64,000 nucleotides of DNA from Octopus sinensis (GCF_006345805.1 NC_042997.1:40920001-40984000); one strand, 5' to 3'. Counted from the stretch's first letter, positions 12,440 through 26,345 are shown. The notes: generated by a model not told the origin, from the sequence alone. Translations and numbers: made by a program.

Positions 12440-12790
12440 AGAATATAAGATAAATATTAACCACTAGCTTTAACTCCAAGAATTCTTAACACTGGACTTT
12501 CTGAATGTCATATCTTGAAAAAAACCGTCGTGAGAGAGTTAAGCTCTGTTCATTGTGCAACAACATGAGTCAAGGGAATTCCATCAGGAATCATAACAGA
12601 AATGTTATGATTTATTCAGAAGGTGGGACATGCAGAAATCAAATTTGGTGTACGTGGCAGAATGCATGAAACACAACTTAATTTATGTTGGTTGCACAAC
12701 AGAACAATTAAACAAAAGACTTAATGGGCACAGATATGATGTCAGGCACAATAACACTAGTTCAACAGAACTTGCCACATAATAGCAATT
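12440..12790 (+). mobile_element. Penelope-like element GIY-YIG endonuclease fragment
   Basis: Clearly similar to 59950-60330; encodes CSLCNNM...KHNLIYVGCT...RLNGHRYD. Confidence 0.8.
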
Positions 12791-13439
12791 TTATCAAAAT
12801 TGACAATGTATTATAACCCCTAAATTTCTTTTAAAGAGTCAGAGTCATTTTCACATTTCTGCACTCAATTTGTTTGTTAGCTTCCATTTTTAAAAAAAAA
12901 TTCTTCTGACTAAATAGAAAGTCCTTTGTTATCTGGGAATGAAAACTTTAAAGAAATTCATTCTTTTGTTTTTTAAAATGTTTTTGACTATTTTTGACTC
13001 TTATTTTTGAATTACTTATATTCTACATGAATATAATTTTAACACAATTTCAGTGATTTAAAATTTTTGGTTAATGAGTTGAGAAGAAAATTAAAAAAAT
13101 AAAAATAGATAATATAAAACTAAAAATAAGAGAAATGTTTTTAATCAGAACTATTGACTTGAATTGATAAAAGAATTGCATTAAAAAGCAAAAAAATATT
13201 TAAAAACCCAAAAAAGTGCACGCCCACACACTATTTCATGAACAATTTCGGAAAATTATTTAGCAAACTTCAGCAAAAATACTTTTTGTGTCTTTTTTTC
13301 TTCTTGTCCTTTATTTTTACAGATTCGATACATAAGAATATTCTAGCATTCTGCACCTGCACTTTTTTTCATTCTAGTACACACACACACACACATATAT
13401 GTATATAAGAAAAATGTGTGTGTGTGTTTATATAGTTTT

Positions 13440-13680
13440 CTTGGCATTCCCTGGTGGTGGTCAATGACAGACACAGAGAAACAAACAGTGTCCTTTGTTT
13501 CCAATCCTCTACAGAAACATGTTTGGTATTAGAGGAATATTATCTTGCTTGGAAACAGGTGAAGGTTGGTGACAGGAGAGGCATCCAGCCGTAGAAAATT
13601 CTGCTTCAATGGATTCCATCTTATCTATGCAAGCAAAGGAAAAGGGGATGCAAAAATGATGATGATGATGATGATGAAAA
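13440..13680 (+). mobile_element. SINE 3' half with RTE-type tail
   Basis: Matches 4890-5090 (cttgcttggaaacaggtgaaggttgg...gcatccagccgtagaaa...gatgatgat). Confidence 0.65.
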
Positions 13681-15404
13681 AGCTGCTGCTGCTGATGATG
13701 ATGATGGGTAAAGGTTTTATTGTTTTATTTCTGTAAATTTTCACAAGTATTATTTTTGAAAATTTAAGTCAAAAAGAGAAAATTTTACAAAACTATGATT
13801 AAAAAATAAATAAATACCTTTCTCTGCCATGATTTCAACATGTATTTTTGCTCTGCAAAATGAAAATAAAATAATTAGGAAAAAACATCGTTAAGGCATT
13901 GAATACATCATTTGTACTCAAAGTTGGTTTTCACTCCCTCTCTCTCATATTCTTTCTCTTTCTCACAGTTAAGGGAGAGACAAAAATCGTTCCCCTAGTT
14001 ATTTCAAACAACATGTTAACACCTCCAATATCCGCCTGCATCCAATTCTTCAAGTGGTTCACTCTCATCAGCATTTGGCTACCGTGACACCCTTTCTACA
14101 GCAGCTTTTCTTTTCAGGTTTCTGTTGATGCTAGGTGGGCCACATACATACTGACACACTTCACAGAGATTCACAAAATGAAACTTGAAATTTGGAAAAA
14201 CATTGTGATGTGCCTCAAGGGAGGGGAGGCGAGTCAAAAGGGGGTGTTTTTAATGCAGTTTTGAGTTAGAGATGAAAGATATTTTTGTTACAAATGCTTA
14301 CTTACCCTACAAAAACTACATCAGCTAAGCAAAAGGCCTTCCATAAATGCATTGAAAACATTATAACGTAATCTGACTGCTATTTCAGAAAATTATTGTT
14401 GTCGTCTTTGAGCATGTAAAAGACAAATTTGGCTGGGGCAAAATGAGTAAGGCAAGATAATATAAATGTGTTGCTTCAGTTCTTCAGAAAACAGACACAT
14501 ACAGATATCCATCTGAAAACGTCAGAAACATTCAGACATGCCAAAAGAATAACATTTAAAAATCTAAATCAAATGAAAGAGGATCAGGGAAAAAATGGCA
14601 CATGATATGAAATTCGACTAAATATAAGAAAACCCAACATAAAATATTCTTCTTCTTCTTCTTCACAATCTGCTGGAATTTTCTGTTTGTGATTCATTTA
14701 CCCATCATGCAGTTAAAGAGAAGAAATTACTGAAATTAGTCATTACTCGTAACTTTTGGGAAACTTGAAGATTATCGAATTAGACATTAGTGTGAGGAAA
14801 AATTGACTTGGAATCCAGCAGAGAAATCAATATTGATTGTTTAGCATGAAAAATTATCCAGATATTTTATTAGTAATCTCAATTACAATTGGGTCAAAGT
14901 TGAAGAGAAATTTCTTGACAAAGAAAAAAAGGGGACCTGCCCCATGGCTATGCTTTGTACTTCCACAACTTCAACAGCAACAACCAGTTTGTATCCCCAA
15001 GTATAATGTAGCAATACAAAATGGTGATGCAATGCTTACAAAGTAAGGGATTTCACACAGGGAAGAAGAAAATAACGAAGAATCAGAAGTTACTCATTTT
15101 GCCCCGTTTACTAATTTTCAAACCTACTGCCATTAATATGTGTACACCCACCATGTATTTTTATGGCAGACCTGGTGCACAGTTACCACCCCCCAAAACC
15201 AACCTTTCTGATTATTTTTATTTGCACAGGATTCCTGTTTTCGATAATGGAGATTCCGAACAAGCAAACAACCACACTTTTTTAAAGTAAAGATAAACGC
15301 TACACCTGTTAAAACCATGAAATTTGGCAAAGGTAAAGAAGGAGTACACCACCCATTTTTGGTGTGTTTTTTCAACAAAAACTCTTTTGAATTTCTGCTT
15401 TCAA

Positions 15405-16585
15405 TATGCACCAAGTGTATACTATGGACGCATAAGAGGTGCAGCAGTGTCAAAGGAAAGCTAACTTGGAAAATAGTTTTTGTATGTGGCAGATGATCAG
15501 GAGCAATAAGTACTAAAAATGTGCAGAGACCAACCTCTGCCACATTCCAGGGAGAAAAACTAGAAATAGTTGATAGCTTCCGTTACCTAGGTGACCAAGT
15601 CAGTAGCGGGGGCAGGTGTGCTGAAAGTGTAACTGCTAGAGTAAGAATAGCTTGGGCAAAGTTCAGAGAGCTCTTACCTCTGCTGGTGACAAAAGGCCTC
15701 TCGCTCAGAGTAAAAGGCAGACTGTATGATGCATGTGTACGAATAGCCATGCTACATGGCAGTGAAACATAGGCCATGACTGCTGAGGATATGCGTAAGC
15801 TCGCAAGAAATGAAGCCAGTATGCTCCGATGGATGTCTAATGTCAGTGTTCATACTCGACAGAGTGTAAGTACCTTGAGAGAAAAGTTGGGCCTAAGAAG
15901 CATCAGTTGTGGTGTGCAAGAGAGACATTTGCGCTGGTATGGTCATATGACGAGAATGGATGAAGATAGTTGTGTGAAAAAGTGCCACATCCTAGCGGTT
16001 GAGGGAACCTGTGGAAGAGGTAGACTCAGGAAAACCTGGGACGAGGTGGTGAAGCACAACCTTCGAACTTTAGGTCTCACTGAGGAAATGACTAGAGGCC
16101 GAGACCTATGGAAGTATGCTGTGCGTGAGAAGACCCAGCAGGACTATTGAGACCATAACCCATGGCCTTTACCTGGGATCAAAACTCTACTTGTGAAGAC
16201 CTGTTGAGGCAAGTGAGAGATCAGAATCAAAATCGAAAGCGATCAACATCAATGGGAATTGTAGCTGTGATACCAGTGCCAGGGGCACATAAGAGATCTA
16301 TCTGAATGTGGCCATTGCCAGCCTCGCCTGGCCTCCGTGCCGGTGGCACGTAAAAAGCACCATCCGATCATGGCCGTTTATCAGCCTCGTCTGGCACCTG
16401 TGTCGGTGGCACGTAAAAAGCACCCACTACACTCATGGAGTGGTTGGCGTTAGGAAGGGCATCTAGCTGTAGAAACATTGCCAGATCAAGATTGGAGACT
16501 GGTGCAGCTTTCTGGCTTCCCAGACCCCAGTTGAACCGTCCAACCCATGCTAGCATGGAAAGCAGATGCTAAACGATGATGATGA
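15405..16585 (+). mobile_element. 5'-truncated RTE-clade LINE (PHD-in-RT family) with full 3' UTR
   Basis: ORFs 15521-15772 and 15776-16150 (FRYLGD...LHGSET...RWYGH...GRGRLRKTW); ends ctaaacgatgatgatg. Confidence 0.93.
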
Positions 16586-17689
16586 ATATAGGGGAATACA
16601 GTTCTGTCAAAAAATCCTGTTTTCAAAATTTTGATTTTCCCCCCACCTCTGCCCCAATTTCTTAATTTTAAATTTGTTTTTAAATATTGTTTTTTTTTCA
16701 ATTCATTGTATGTTTTTCTTTAAGAAACACACCATGCCCCTTCCCCCACCTCACCCACCCATCACCTCCCTGCTTTCAAAAAACTAAAAACTCAGAATGT
16801 TTCACTTTCGTCTGATGTTTCACACATGCATAGAATTCTACTGAAATAGCAGACGTCAAAAATATCAGACCACCACCAGGAATCCCAACGTGCTAGAAAC
16901 AACAGCTAAACGACATTATTTCTAGAAAAACTTCCCTGCTTTCAAAAAAGCTAACAGTAAAACATTCGGAAGTGATGGGTACAGGTTGGGGGAGGGAATT
17001 TGAGTTTCTTTAAGAAAAACTGAAAATAAAAAATTTGTAAAGGTATGTAATCTCTATTTTTCTATGTGGCTTTAAAAAAAATAATTTTGAAAAAAAGTTA
17101 AAAATTCAAAATTGGGGTGGTGGTTAAGGTTATCAACATTTTGAAAACGTATTTTGCAGACAAAATCCTAATCTCCTCTATGGAAGACAGGAACCCAAAG
17201 AATTTCTGGTAAAAAATAATGAGGGGAAGATAAAGTTTCTAAATACACTCATCACAAATACAAATTGCAACATAAAAAAAAACAGGAAATTTCAATTAAA
17301 GTTGAGCTGTAATTTTATAAGTCATACTGAAATTTTACAAAATTCCATTTATTAAATCTACAAAAATTTATTTATTTGAGCAGTTCAATAAATAATTTTT
17401 TCCAAAACATTATTTCCAAATTCATTAGAAGATAATTAAAGAAAAAAAAAACTATCAATAAAAAAAAAAGATTTGACCTTTATTTGTAGCTATTCCGAAA
17501 GACCATCTTCTCCTTTTTCAAGAGTCGCATGTCTAAGTGAAAATGAGTGGAGCCCTTTCAATGACAAACATTAAGCAGACGCAATGTTACAAGAAAAAAA
17601 TTGATTTCAATTGGAGTTGAACTGCTTTTTTCTCCCTTTCAACATCAAATTTACACATCTATGTCAATTTTAATCCTTTCTACTGTAAA

Positions 17690-17830
17690 CACAAGGCCTG
17701 AAAATCTGGGGGAGAGGATGAGTTGAGTACATTCTCCCCAGTACTCAACTGGTACTTATTTTATCGACCCCGAAAGGATGGAAAGGCAAAGTTGACCTTG
17801 ATGGAATTTGACCGCAGAATGTAAAGACTA
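17690..17830 (-). mobile_element. tRNA-derived SINE (ctggtact...gaccccgaaaggatgaaaggcaaagt family), partial
   Basis: Same family at 5885-5980, 23110-23310, 47535-47730 and about 61010-61130. Confidence 0.8.
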
Positions 17831-17859
17831 AAGATATATATATATAGATGTGTGTGTAT

Positions 17860-20800
17860 CAGTGGCGTGCGTTGACTCCCGGCGTTGGGCATGCAATTAA
17901 TTTCATTGGCCCCCCCCCCCCACGGCAATTTTTCAGTAAAGCATTTTCGTATCCCTACGATTTACATATAAGAGATTCTGAATATGCAGAATAAACAGGG
18001 AATAAAAAATGGCTGTGCAGAGATGATCCTGAAATAAGTGTATTGTTTGTATTATTCTTTGCTCTTCGAAACGTCAGTACTTTCCCATCCTCATTCTCCC
18101 TTAGAAAAGTCTAAAAATCATAAGTGAAATGTAATGAAGATGAAATTGGATTCTGTCAATATTTTTGCATATTCAGAATCTCTGTTAAAGGTAGGAATCC
18201 GAAAAAAAATTTTCACATAAATTCGTTTTTCAAAGGGGTGCGATTCTGCATTAGCCTCTATACCTATCAGTTGAGCTGAGTGAAATGATTTAATTAAAAG
18301 AACACATTTAGTTACATTATATGGCCGTGGTTTTAGATCGTTACGCTCTCGAAGACAAGTCAGGTGCTTTATCATGCTTCTTGTCAATTCCGGGAAAATT
18401 ATTGACTGTTCTGAGACTTACTGAACTCCGTACATTAAAGGACTACGTGTCACGCACACACATTGAAAATACACGCATATACATGAATGCGCACACAATG
18501 AAAGATAGCGAAAATTCAACATTGTAAAAAGCCTCCCAAAACTGTTGTGGCAGAAGTCAACATCTCTGAGATTGAAACAAGACACTTATTGAAAGTGAAA
18601 CAAAACACTTATTTACGGCCGTAAATAGACTACACCCAGCAGCACAGAAAGGGAAATCTATGTAGGTTAGGTTTCACAAAGAAATCAAAACATTTCTCCT
18701 GCGAAACAATACTGATGTAAGAAGGTCGAACCTTACGTTATAACAAACACTAAGCAAAACCTGTAATATATGCTCTTTAATATATTATTTTTTTTAATGT
18801 TTTAAAATGTTACTAAGCTCATTTATAAATTAATTCAATTCTTCGATCTTTCTGGGCAAATATATCTATCACATTTTCATAGAAATCTTCTCTTTTCATC
18901 AATTCTTGTAATAAATCTTTTTCAATTGACATTAGTGCTAACCCAGACAGTCTTCTTTCTCCTGTCACATTTCTTTGGTATGTTTTAATTCTACTTAATG
19001 CAGAAAATGATCGCTCTATAGACGGAATTGTCAAAATCAACTTGCACAGATTGAAGAGTTCTGGCATAGCTTCAACAAGATCAGTGCTGTTAATGTAACT
19101 CATTAAATGACTTACACTTGGTTTTTTAAAATCTTTCATTGAATACATCACATTGAGCTCACTTTGTAATCGTATTACATCAAAAAATCTGCCATAAGTT
19201 GTTCTTAAAGAATCTAAAGAGTCCACAGGAAATTGTTTGCAATACTCATCAACTTTGTTGAAATTCAAAAGTTCCATGAATTTAAACTCTTCTAAGGATG
19301 AATATCGTGCTTTTATTTGGTCAACTATTGTACTTATAATTTTGTTATAAAGCGTTCTATAATGTCGTTGGGGATCAATAGATATATTCTTGGATCTCTG
19401 AATTCCGATTCCTGCATCGACTCCATATTTTTCCCCTAACCTATCATAAAAGACTGAAAAATTATCAAGTTTGTTTTCGAGTACAGTTCTAGTTTTATCT
19501 ATTTGCTGTTTACAATACACTATGTCATGACTTTTACTCTGGAGTATGTTAAATAAAATATCAGTAAAAGAAAAAATGTCACTGAATACCTCTAACAAAA
19601 ATAAGAAATCAGGAGCTTTTAAAGTGTGTAAGAATCCAATTGCTGAATTTATGGTGGTATCATCCCATGCTTCAGGATTTTCAATGATGTGTTCAAAAAG
19701 GCTGATTATGAAATTATAATTTTCCTTTGTGGTAATAATAAGATGTGAGGAGTAATTCCATCTAGTTGCTGTTGCTTTCAGAAATCTTTTTTTAACAATG
19801 TTATCTAATGCATTAGCCCTTTTCGGTGATTTTGTAAAAAATGTACCGAGTCCGTTTATTGTAGCAAAAAATATCTTGCATTCTTTCATAGCAGAGCATG
19901 ATTGTGAAAGAACTAAATTTAGGATATGGGCACAACAATGAATAAAGATCGCACATTCATATTTCTTACTTTTGCCTGTAACCCATTTAGTTGTCCTGCC
20001 ATTGTAGCGGCACCATCATATGTCTGCGCAATCAATTTGTTTCCACATTCCCACGTCTCAATGCATTTAAAAACATGTTCAGATAAAGCATTTGCAGATC
20101 GATCTGCACTAACATCACTAAAACCGATAAATCGTTCTTTCGTCACACAGTCTTCTGTAACATAACGTAAAACTGTTGACAGTTGTGAAGATGCTGAGAC
20201 ATCAGATGTCTCATCAACAAGAATAGAAACAAACTTTGCTTGGTCAATTTCCTTCTGCATCTCATTCAACATAATTTTATGAATTGCTTCAATCAAGTCA
20301 TTTTGAATTCTGTTCGACAGACCAGTGAAGATAGAAGCTATATCTAAATGACTTTCCATTTGTTTGTCATATTTACTGATCAAATAAACGAGTTCTTTAT
20401 AATTTCCCCGATTATTAGAGCCTTCAGATTCAAAATGACCCCGAAACGATAATTCCTGGTGGCCTAAAAAAATAACAACATCAATCAATCGTTGCAGAAT
20501 GGATCTGTTTCGTCGAACTTTCTCATTATGCTGTTGTATGCTTTGATTTTTACGTGCATCTAATTGTAAGTCTATGCGAACATTCCCGAATATTTTAAGG
20601 TCTATCAAACATTTTATATGCCTTTGAGAACGCTCGTGCTTTAGCATAGCCATATGTAAATTATTTAAATCATCATAGCCTTTATCATTCCAAACATTTT
20701 TTTCTAAGCCAAAAAGTAAACACGGCCAACAGAATAATTTATTAAGAGCAACACTTCCAGTTAACCATTTCTTCTTTTCATATGAATTAACCTGAAATTG

Positions 20801-21651
20801 TTTCGTGAATTTCTTGTTGTAGCTTCGCAAATTAGGTAAATTCGGTGTTGGTCTCCCACGATTTATAATTAATTTTTTCCCATCGAAGTCCCTTTTAGAA
20901 AAACTAGTTCTCAAAATATCGTTTATAACACACATTTCACTCATTTTGAAAAAGGCTGCTCTTATTTAAGGACCCACGTGGAAGCGCCGGCGTAAATTTT
21001 AAGTCAATTTCAACAAAACGGAAAAATACCCTTTGTTAAATTAATTTAAGATTAATTAGCTATTTCTGAAATAAGAAATATAATATAGATATTTTTGCTT
21101 TCAAAACTTTCTAAAAATATGATAGTGCTAACGGATGTTTTGCATAAAAGATTTCAAACTTACATGCGAAGGCTATTCCAACATTTCAGCTGGCTAACTC
21201 TAGAATTATGGGACAGCTCTTGTTCCAGTCAAAATAGCCAGAGAGGCGTGATATGCGGTCTTAGCACAGCATGACACGCCAAACTGAATTTGTTGAATCA
21301 CTGAGAGAGAAGGGGGTGACCATTTCTCCTAGCATATCTTTTAAACAAGTCACTAAGAGAGAGAGGAAGAAGGGACAAACTACCAAAGACAGAGAGAAGG
21401 GGGTCTCATGCGATCTTCCCAACGCATGACAAGCGATAAATTTATCGAGTCACTAAAATAGAGAGAGAGAGGAAGGAAGGACAAACTAATACAGACAGAG
21501 AGGGAGTGTGTATCATGCGATCTTCTAAAAGCATTTATCAAAGCAGATGTACGAAGGGGAGGCAATATTTCTAAAACAACTGGACGTATTTTCTTTGAAA
21601 CAAAGAAGGCATGCAGCGCATACCTTGCATTGCTGAGAGTGCACGCCCCTG
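17860..21651 (-). mobile_element. hAT-superfamily DNA transposon, complete, 3792 bp
   Basis: TIRs CAGTGGCGTGC / CAGGGGCGTGC (reverse complement); perfect 8-bp TSD GTGTGTAT at 17852-17859 and 21652-21659; internal transposase. Confidence 0.95.
18819..20944 (-). pseudogene. hAT transposase (ZMYM1-like: DUF4371 plus hAT C-terminal dimerisation region), one frameshift near 19960
   Basis: ORF 20944-19919 (WL...LFCWPCLLF, RGH.ES..S.NRGNY.EL, SILVDETSDVS..SQLS, QTYDGA..MAG) and ORF 19889-18819 (TRWN, SIERSFSALSRIKTYQRN...RLSGLALMSIEK). Shifting frame at gtaagaaatatg restores KYECAIFIHCCAHILNLVLSQSC; about 708 aa when joined. Confidence 0.92.
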
Positions 21652-22542
21652 GTGTGTATGTATATATGTGTGTGGGTATATATATATATATGTATATGTA
21701 AAAATCATTAAATTCAAAGATAAAAACAAGTTAATTAATAAAAGATCTGAATTTAAACCATCTTGTATGCATAAATTAACTAAAACCTTCAAACATTATA
21801 AGGCTTAAAGTTCATAATCCTTAATTCTCCACTGTAATACCTTCATAGTCATTTACAACATAGTTATCTCCAGCATTTCTCAATTATTTTTTCCATATAA
21901 TCTCTGCTTCTGTACTTTGATGTTGTGATTTTTCTTATTTAATGTATCTCTCTCACCTTTATTATTTTTCTTATGATTTTTCTCTAATTTTTCCTTTCCT
22001 ATTTCTTGCCTATGTTCTCCTAATTTCCTTTTTCTTATTATATTTTCTTTTTTCCTATCTTTTTCCTATCCTTTCTGGGATTTTTCTGATTTTACTTTGT
22101 TGGTGGGAGGGGGCACAAAAGGACGAAGACAAGAGAGAGGGGGGGAAAGAAGGAAAAAATAAAGAAAGAGGGAAAGAAAGAAAGAAAGGAAGAAAAGAAA
22201 GAAAGAAGGGAAAGAGAGAAAGAAAACATGTAAACAAAAACCCATGTATCATGTTACGGCCTTTTAACGCCGCACCCAAGAAATCAAAATGAAAGCAATA
22301 AAATTAAGATTGAAAACGAATCATTGTAAAAAGATGATGTAACATGTAAATATATTTCCGTAATCAACAAACATTACAGAGTAACCTTTTACTAAAGCGG
22401 CTTCAATTCATAGAAAACCTGTTGGGAAATCTTGGATAAATGATTCCCACGTTTTCACTAAAAACCATACAGCATTTCAAACTTAATTTGTGCCTCTCGC
22501 TCCACATTTATCAATGTATACAGGTATTGTATATGTCTGTGT

Positions 22543-22905
22543 GTGGAGGCTCAATGGCCCAGTGGTTAGGGCAGCGGACTTGCGATTGTAGGATCGCAGT
22601 TTTGATTCCCAGACCCAACGCTGTGAGTATTTATTGAGCAAAAACACATAAAGCTCCACGAGGCCACGGCAGTGGGTGGTGGCAAACCCTGCTGTACTCT
22701 TTCACTGCAACTTTCTCTCAGTCCTCCTTCCTGTTGTACCTGTATTTCAAAGGGCCAGCCTTGTCACACTCTGTGTCATGCTGAATCTCCTTGAGAGATT
22801 CACAGATCTGTGGAGTACTCAGCCACTTGCACGTTAATTTCACGAGCAGGCTGTTCCGTTGATCGGATCAACTGGAACCCTCATCGTCGCAACCGACGGA
22901 GTGCC
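22543..22905 (+). mobile_element. tRNA-derived SINE with conserved central domain
   Basis: A-box-like tggcccagtggtt and B-box-like gttttgattcc; body shared with 1385-1680. Confidence 0.8.
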
Positions 22906-23109
22906 TCGATGTGTGTGTGTATATGTATGAAATAAATACTATATCTGTATGTATGTATGTATGGAGATTCAAACCAAATCCAAACGAGTCTTCGCATACC
23001 TCATTGGTTGGTTCTCACTACAACTCCTGTTTCAAACCTAACCCGGATTTGCTATATTTTCATTCTACTGGGGCAGTCATTTGTCACAAAACCCCATCGT
23101 CTCAAATAT

Positions 23110-23310
23110 TCTTTTCTTCTCGAGGCACAAGGCCCGAAATTTTTGGGAAGGAGGCCAGTCGATTAGATCAACCCTAGGATGCAACTGGTACTTATTTTAT
23201 AGACCCTGAAAGGATGAAAGGCAAAGTCGACTTTGGCAGAATTTGAACTCAGAAAGTAAAGACAGTCAAAATAACGCTAAGTATTTCGCTCAGCGTGCTA
23301 ACGTTTCTGA
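23110..23310 (-). mobile_element. tRNA-derived SINE, near complete
   Basis: Reverse complement reads gaaacgttagcacgctgagcgaaatacttagc...ctgagttcaaattctgcc...cgactttgcctttcatcctttc. Confidence 0.85.
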
Positions 23311-23907
23311 TGTGTTAGTATCCCTGTTAATGAAACAATTGTCCTTCTGGCTGCCATTTCTAGCTTGATGTACATTAAAACTTGCAACATAATCTTAAGG
23401 AACCCGGGTAAAAAGAAGTCACAGGAAAACTATGGGAGGTTTGTCCTCTGGGGGAGGGGATTGTCCGAGGAGGCTTTTGTCCTGGGTGGGGTGGGGGACA
23501 AATTATTTGTGACTTTATTACAGGTCTTCATTTTATGACCAGGAAAACATGACATACCTTACACAGGTGCCCCATCCATCGATTTTGTTTGTTCGTAACT
23601 TTCAGAAAAGTTGATGTTCTTGAATGAAATTTACTAGAAATAGCTTTAAGATGATGGGGGAAAATATCGATGGCTTTGCAGACATACATAATGACACACA
23701 TCACATATAACCACAAAACTTGGAAATACGTACACACGCGCACACACACATGCACACACAAACACACACACATTCTTAAAATTGACAGGAAACAAATCCA
23801 TATAGTTATAATGTAGTGAAAAGAATTGAAAGTGATTGTGTAAAGTACTTGTAAAGCAATGGAGAGACGGGATTAAAGAAATTAAATTAGGAAGATGTAA
23901 AACGAAA

Positions 23908-24030
23908 ACTTACCTCGTAACAACTCTGAGTAAAACTGAAACTTGAATCTTTATTTGATCGTTTTTAAGCTGTTTATTGGTTTAACAATAACTTTGTATG
24001 ACATCAGTGTTTTTCCCAGAAAAAACCGCT
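23908..24030 (-). promoter_or_regulatory. Candidate non-coding first exon and promoter with IRF-like, STAT(GAS)-like and ETS-like motifs
   Basis: Donor gag|GTAAGT at 23914/23913; AAAACTGAAACT at 23932-23943; TTCCCAGAA at 24013-24021; ccgcttcc just upstream. Motif matches only. Confidence 0.25.
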
Positions 24031-24339
24031 TCCCCTCTGCCCTCTTCTATACAATTTACCTTGAAAAAATTTTATTATTATTATGTACAACAGACGACAT
24101 GAAAAATATGTTTCTTTATTATCCACACAGGGCTGAACACAGACAGGACAAATTACAAAGTAGAGCTTTTCTTTTTGGGGGAGAAAAAAAAACAATCAAT
24201 AGGGATCGTGTATCACAGAAATGTCATGATGTAACGTGTAAAGGGGGAAGAAATAAGGTTTATCCGTGGAAAGAAATGCCTACGGAAAAGACCATGGTAA
24301 CCTCGGTCAATAATGTCACATATTAACACATTTGTTTGC

Positions 24340-26345
24340 AAGTAGGTAACCCTCTGTTTTAAATTTTTCCGGGTTCGTAAGATTATGGTCAAGGTGGCTT
24401 CGTCATTCATACGTGCCATCCTTGCTACATTCACCCATCTTTTTTTTAAACATTCGCTAGACAAAACTGGCCTCTCTACTCTCACTTTCCTTTTCAAGTG
24501 ATACTTGAAGAAGTTGATGAGAGATTGACCAGAGAGGAAAGTATTTGTCTCTAATCCTTTCAGATGCGTCCACCAGATACATTCTTTCACCATAGCCACA
24601 AGTATGATGAAAATAGCTCTTCCTTCCCGTTTGAAGAAAGGAGGCGTGACGATATTGACGATAGACTCAGCTGATAAACCGACTCATCCCACACGTAACA
24701 GCAGTCATTTGACATAAGCCCACAGGTTGGAAATGGTTGGACATTGCATGAGTGCATGCAGAACATTTTCATCGCTCTGACCACAGGTCGGCCCTGTGTT
24801 TCTCGAGCTGTGTCTGTAGAGCTTATCCTAAACAGGTAGCACTTCTTGGTAGCACTACCAAGCCAGGGATCTCTGGAAGTTGTCCATAGGTCCTGGCCCG
24901 AAAGTCGTCCTGAACAGGCGGGTCAGGTATTCCTCATCAACACTCAGGTTCACCCCAAGCTCGTTGTACCTCCCCTTCACTAATCCCCTAAAGAATGCTT
25001 TGGTTGTGTTGAAGTCGCTTAAGGTCAACCCAGGACAGCATAGTTGCTTGAGAGCAATGCGACACTCGCGGTGCCATTTGCCCTTCCTCAGACTCTTTTT
25101 GATCCATGACTGCAGTGTGGTCATGGAGACAAGTTGCAGGAAAGCATTCCTCACAAACGGCGACCACACCTGTTCACCGTCGTCTACATAGAGCCGGAGA
25201 TGTCGCAGTCTCAGCGTGTGTCTGCGCATCATCAACTACAGCATGCCCAGTCCTCCTTTTAACGGGTGTTGACAGCAAATGGATTGCTTGACCATCAGGA
25301 CACATCCTTTCCACAAGAAGCGGTAGAGAATGCGTTCTAGTTTGGTGATGGAAGGGTCAGGACAAGGTACAACGGTCAGGCGGTAGTAGATGATGGACGC
25401 GATGTACATGTTCGCCACCTCCACCTGAACTTTTAGGGACAGTTTCCTCTCGGCCTATTGCCGGTGAGAGTGACCACCCTACTCGTTATCTCATTCCAGT
25501 TCTTCTCCATTTGGAGGTCCGGACCAAACCAGACTCCAAGCAACTCAACCTGACCATCGGTCCAGCATCCCACAATGGACGCGCTGGTGGACGGCATGGG
25601 TTTGCTTCTCCAGGTGCCAAGCCACAAGCCCACTGACTTTTTCTGGTTGATTTTTGCTCCTGTCACCGCTTTGTAGTCTTCCTGTGTCTCGCCAACCTAC
25701 TCAATGTGCTCGTGGCTAGACACTATGACAGTGATGTCGTCCACGTATGCGGAAACGCTTGACCCGCATCCCAATTCTCGCGGGATGTCCCTCAGAGTCA
25801 CCAGCTTCCGCAGTAATTGCTCGAAAGTCAATACGTATAGAAGCGACGAGAGGGGGCATCCCTGACAGACCAAATGTGCAATGTCGAAAGGTCTTGATAG
25901 ATGTCCATTTACGCGAATTACCGAGCGGATACCTCTGTACAAAGCAGCTATCCAGCCGCGGAAGACGGGACCGAAACCAGCCACTCTGAGGACCGCCTCT
26001 AAGTATCGATAGTCTACCCTATCGAAAGCTTTTGATTGATCCAAATTGATCAGGACCCCACCCATGCCAGGTTCCTTAACTATCCTGTCTATGATGTTGC
26101 GTATCAGATGGAGGTTGCCATGGATGCTCCAGCCCACACAGTGCACGTTTGTGCCTTGTTGACCAGTTTCTCGATGACAAGCGCCAACCTCTTGGCTAAC
26201 ACCTTAGCCAAAATTTTCAAGTCTGCATTAAGCAGAGTGATGGGCATAAAGTTATCTATTAAGTCCCCTTTGTTTAGAAGAAAACCTGAAACAGTTTTTA
26301 TAGGAAATAAAAGTGAATGTAGGTCACCTCGATAGAATTTATTTG
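24340..26345 (-). mobile_element. 5'-truncated L1/Tx1-clade LINE ORF2 (RT plus C-terminal region), frameshifted
   Basis: PITLLNADLKILAKVLA.RL, LDQSKAFDRVD, QGCPLS, AYVDD, GAKINQKKS, LYRFLW..., GGLG across ORFs 26376-24213. Confidence 0.92.

Noticed and set aside
14040-14075. CUGAUGA-GAGUG-AAC-CACUU-GAAG on the minus strand
   Set aside because: GAAA is broken and stems I and III are absent; likely chance.
14306-14700. Possible exon ending at a strong gtagg|GTAAGT donor
   Set aside because: Stops in all frames and no recognisable domain; the phase does not fit the 9210 exon. It could still be a UTR exon.
16600-17170. Possible MITE with degenerate inverted ends
   Set aside because: Arms too diverged and no TSD identifiable by eye.
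22543-22620. tRNA gene call for SINE heads (also 4675, 7707 and 63127)
   Set aside because: Only degenerate A/B boxes, followed by SINE bodies; no complete cloverleaf.
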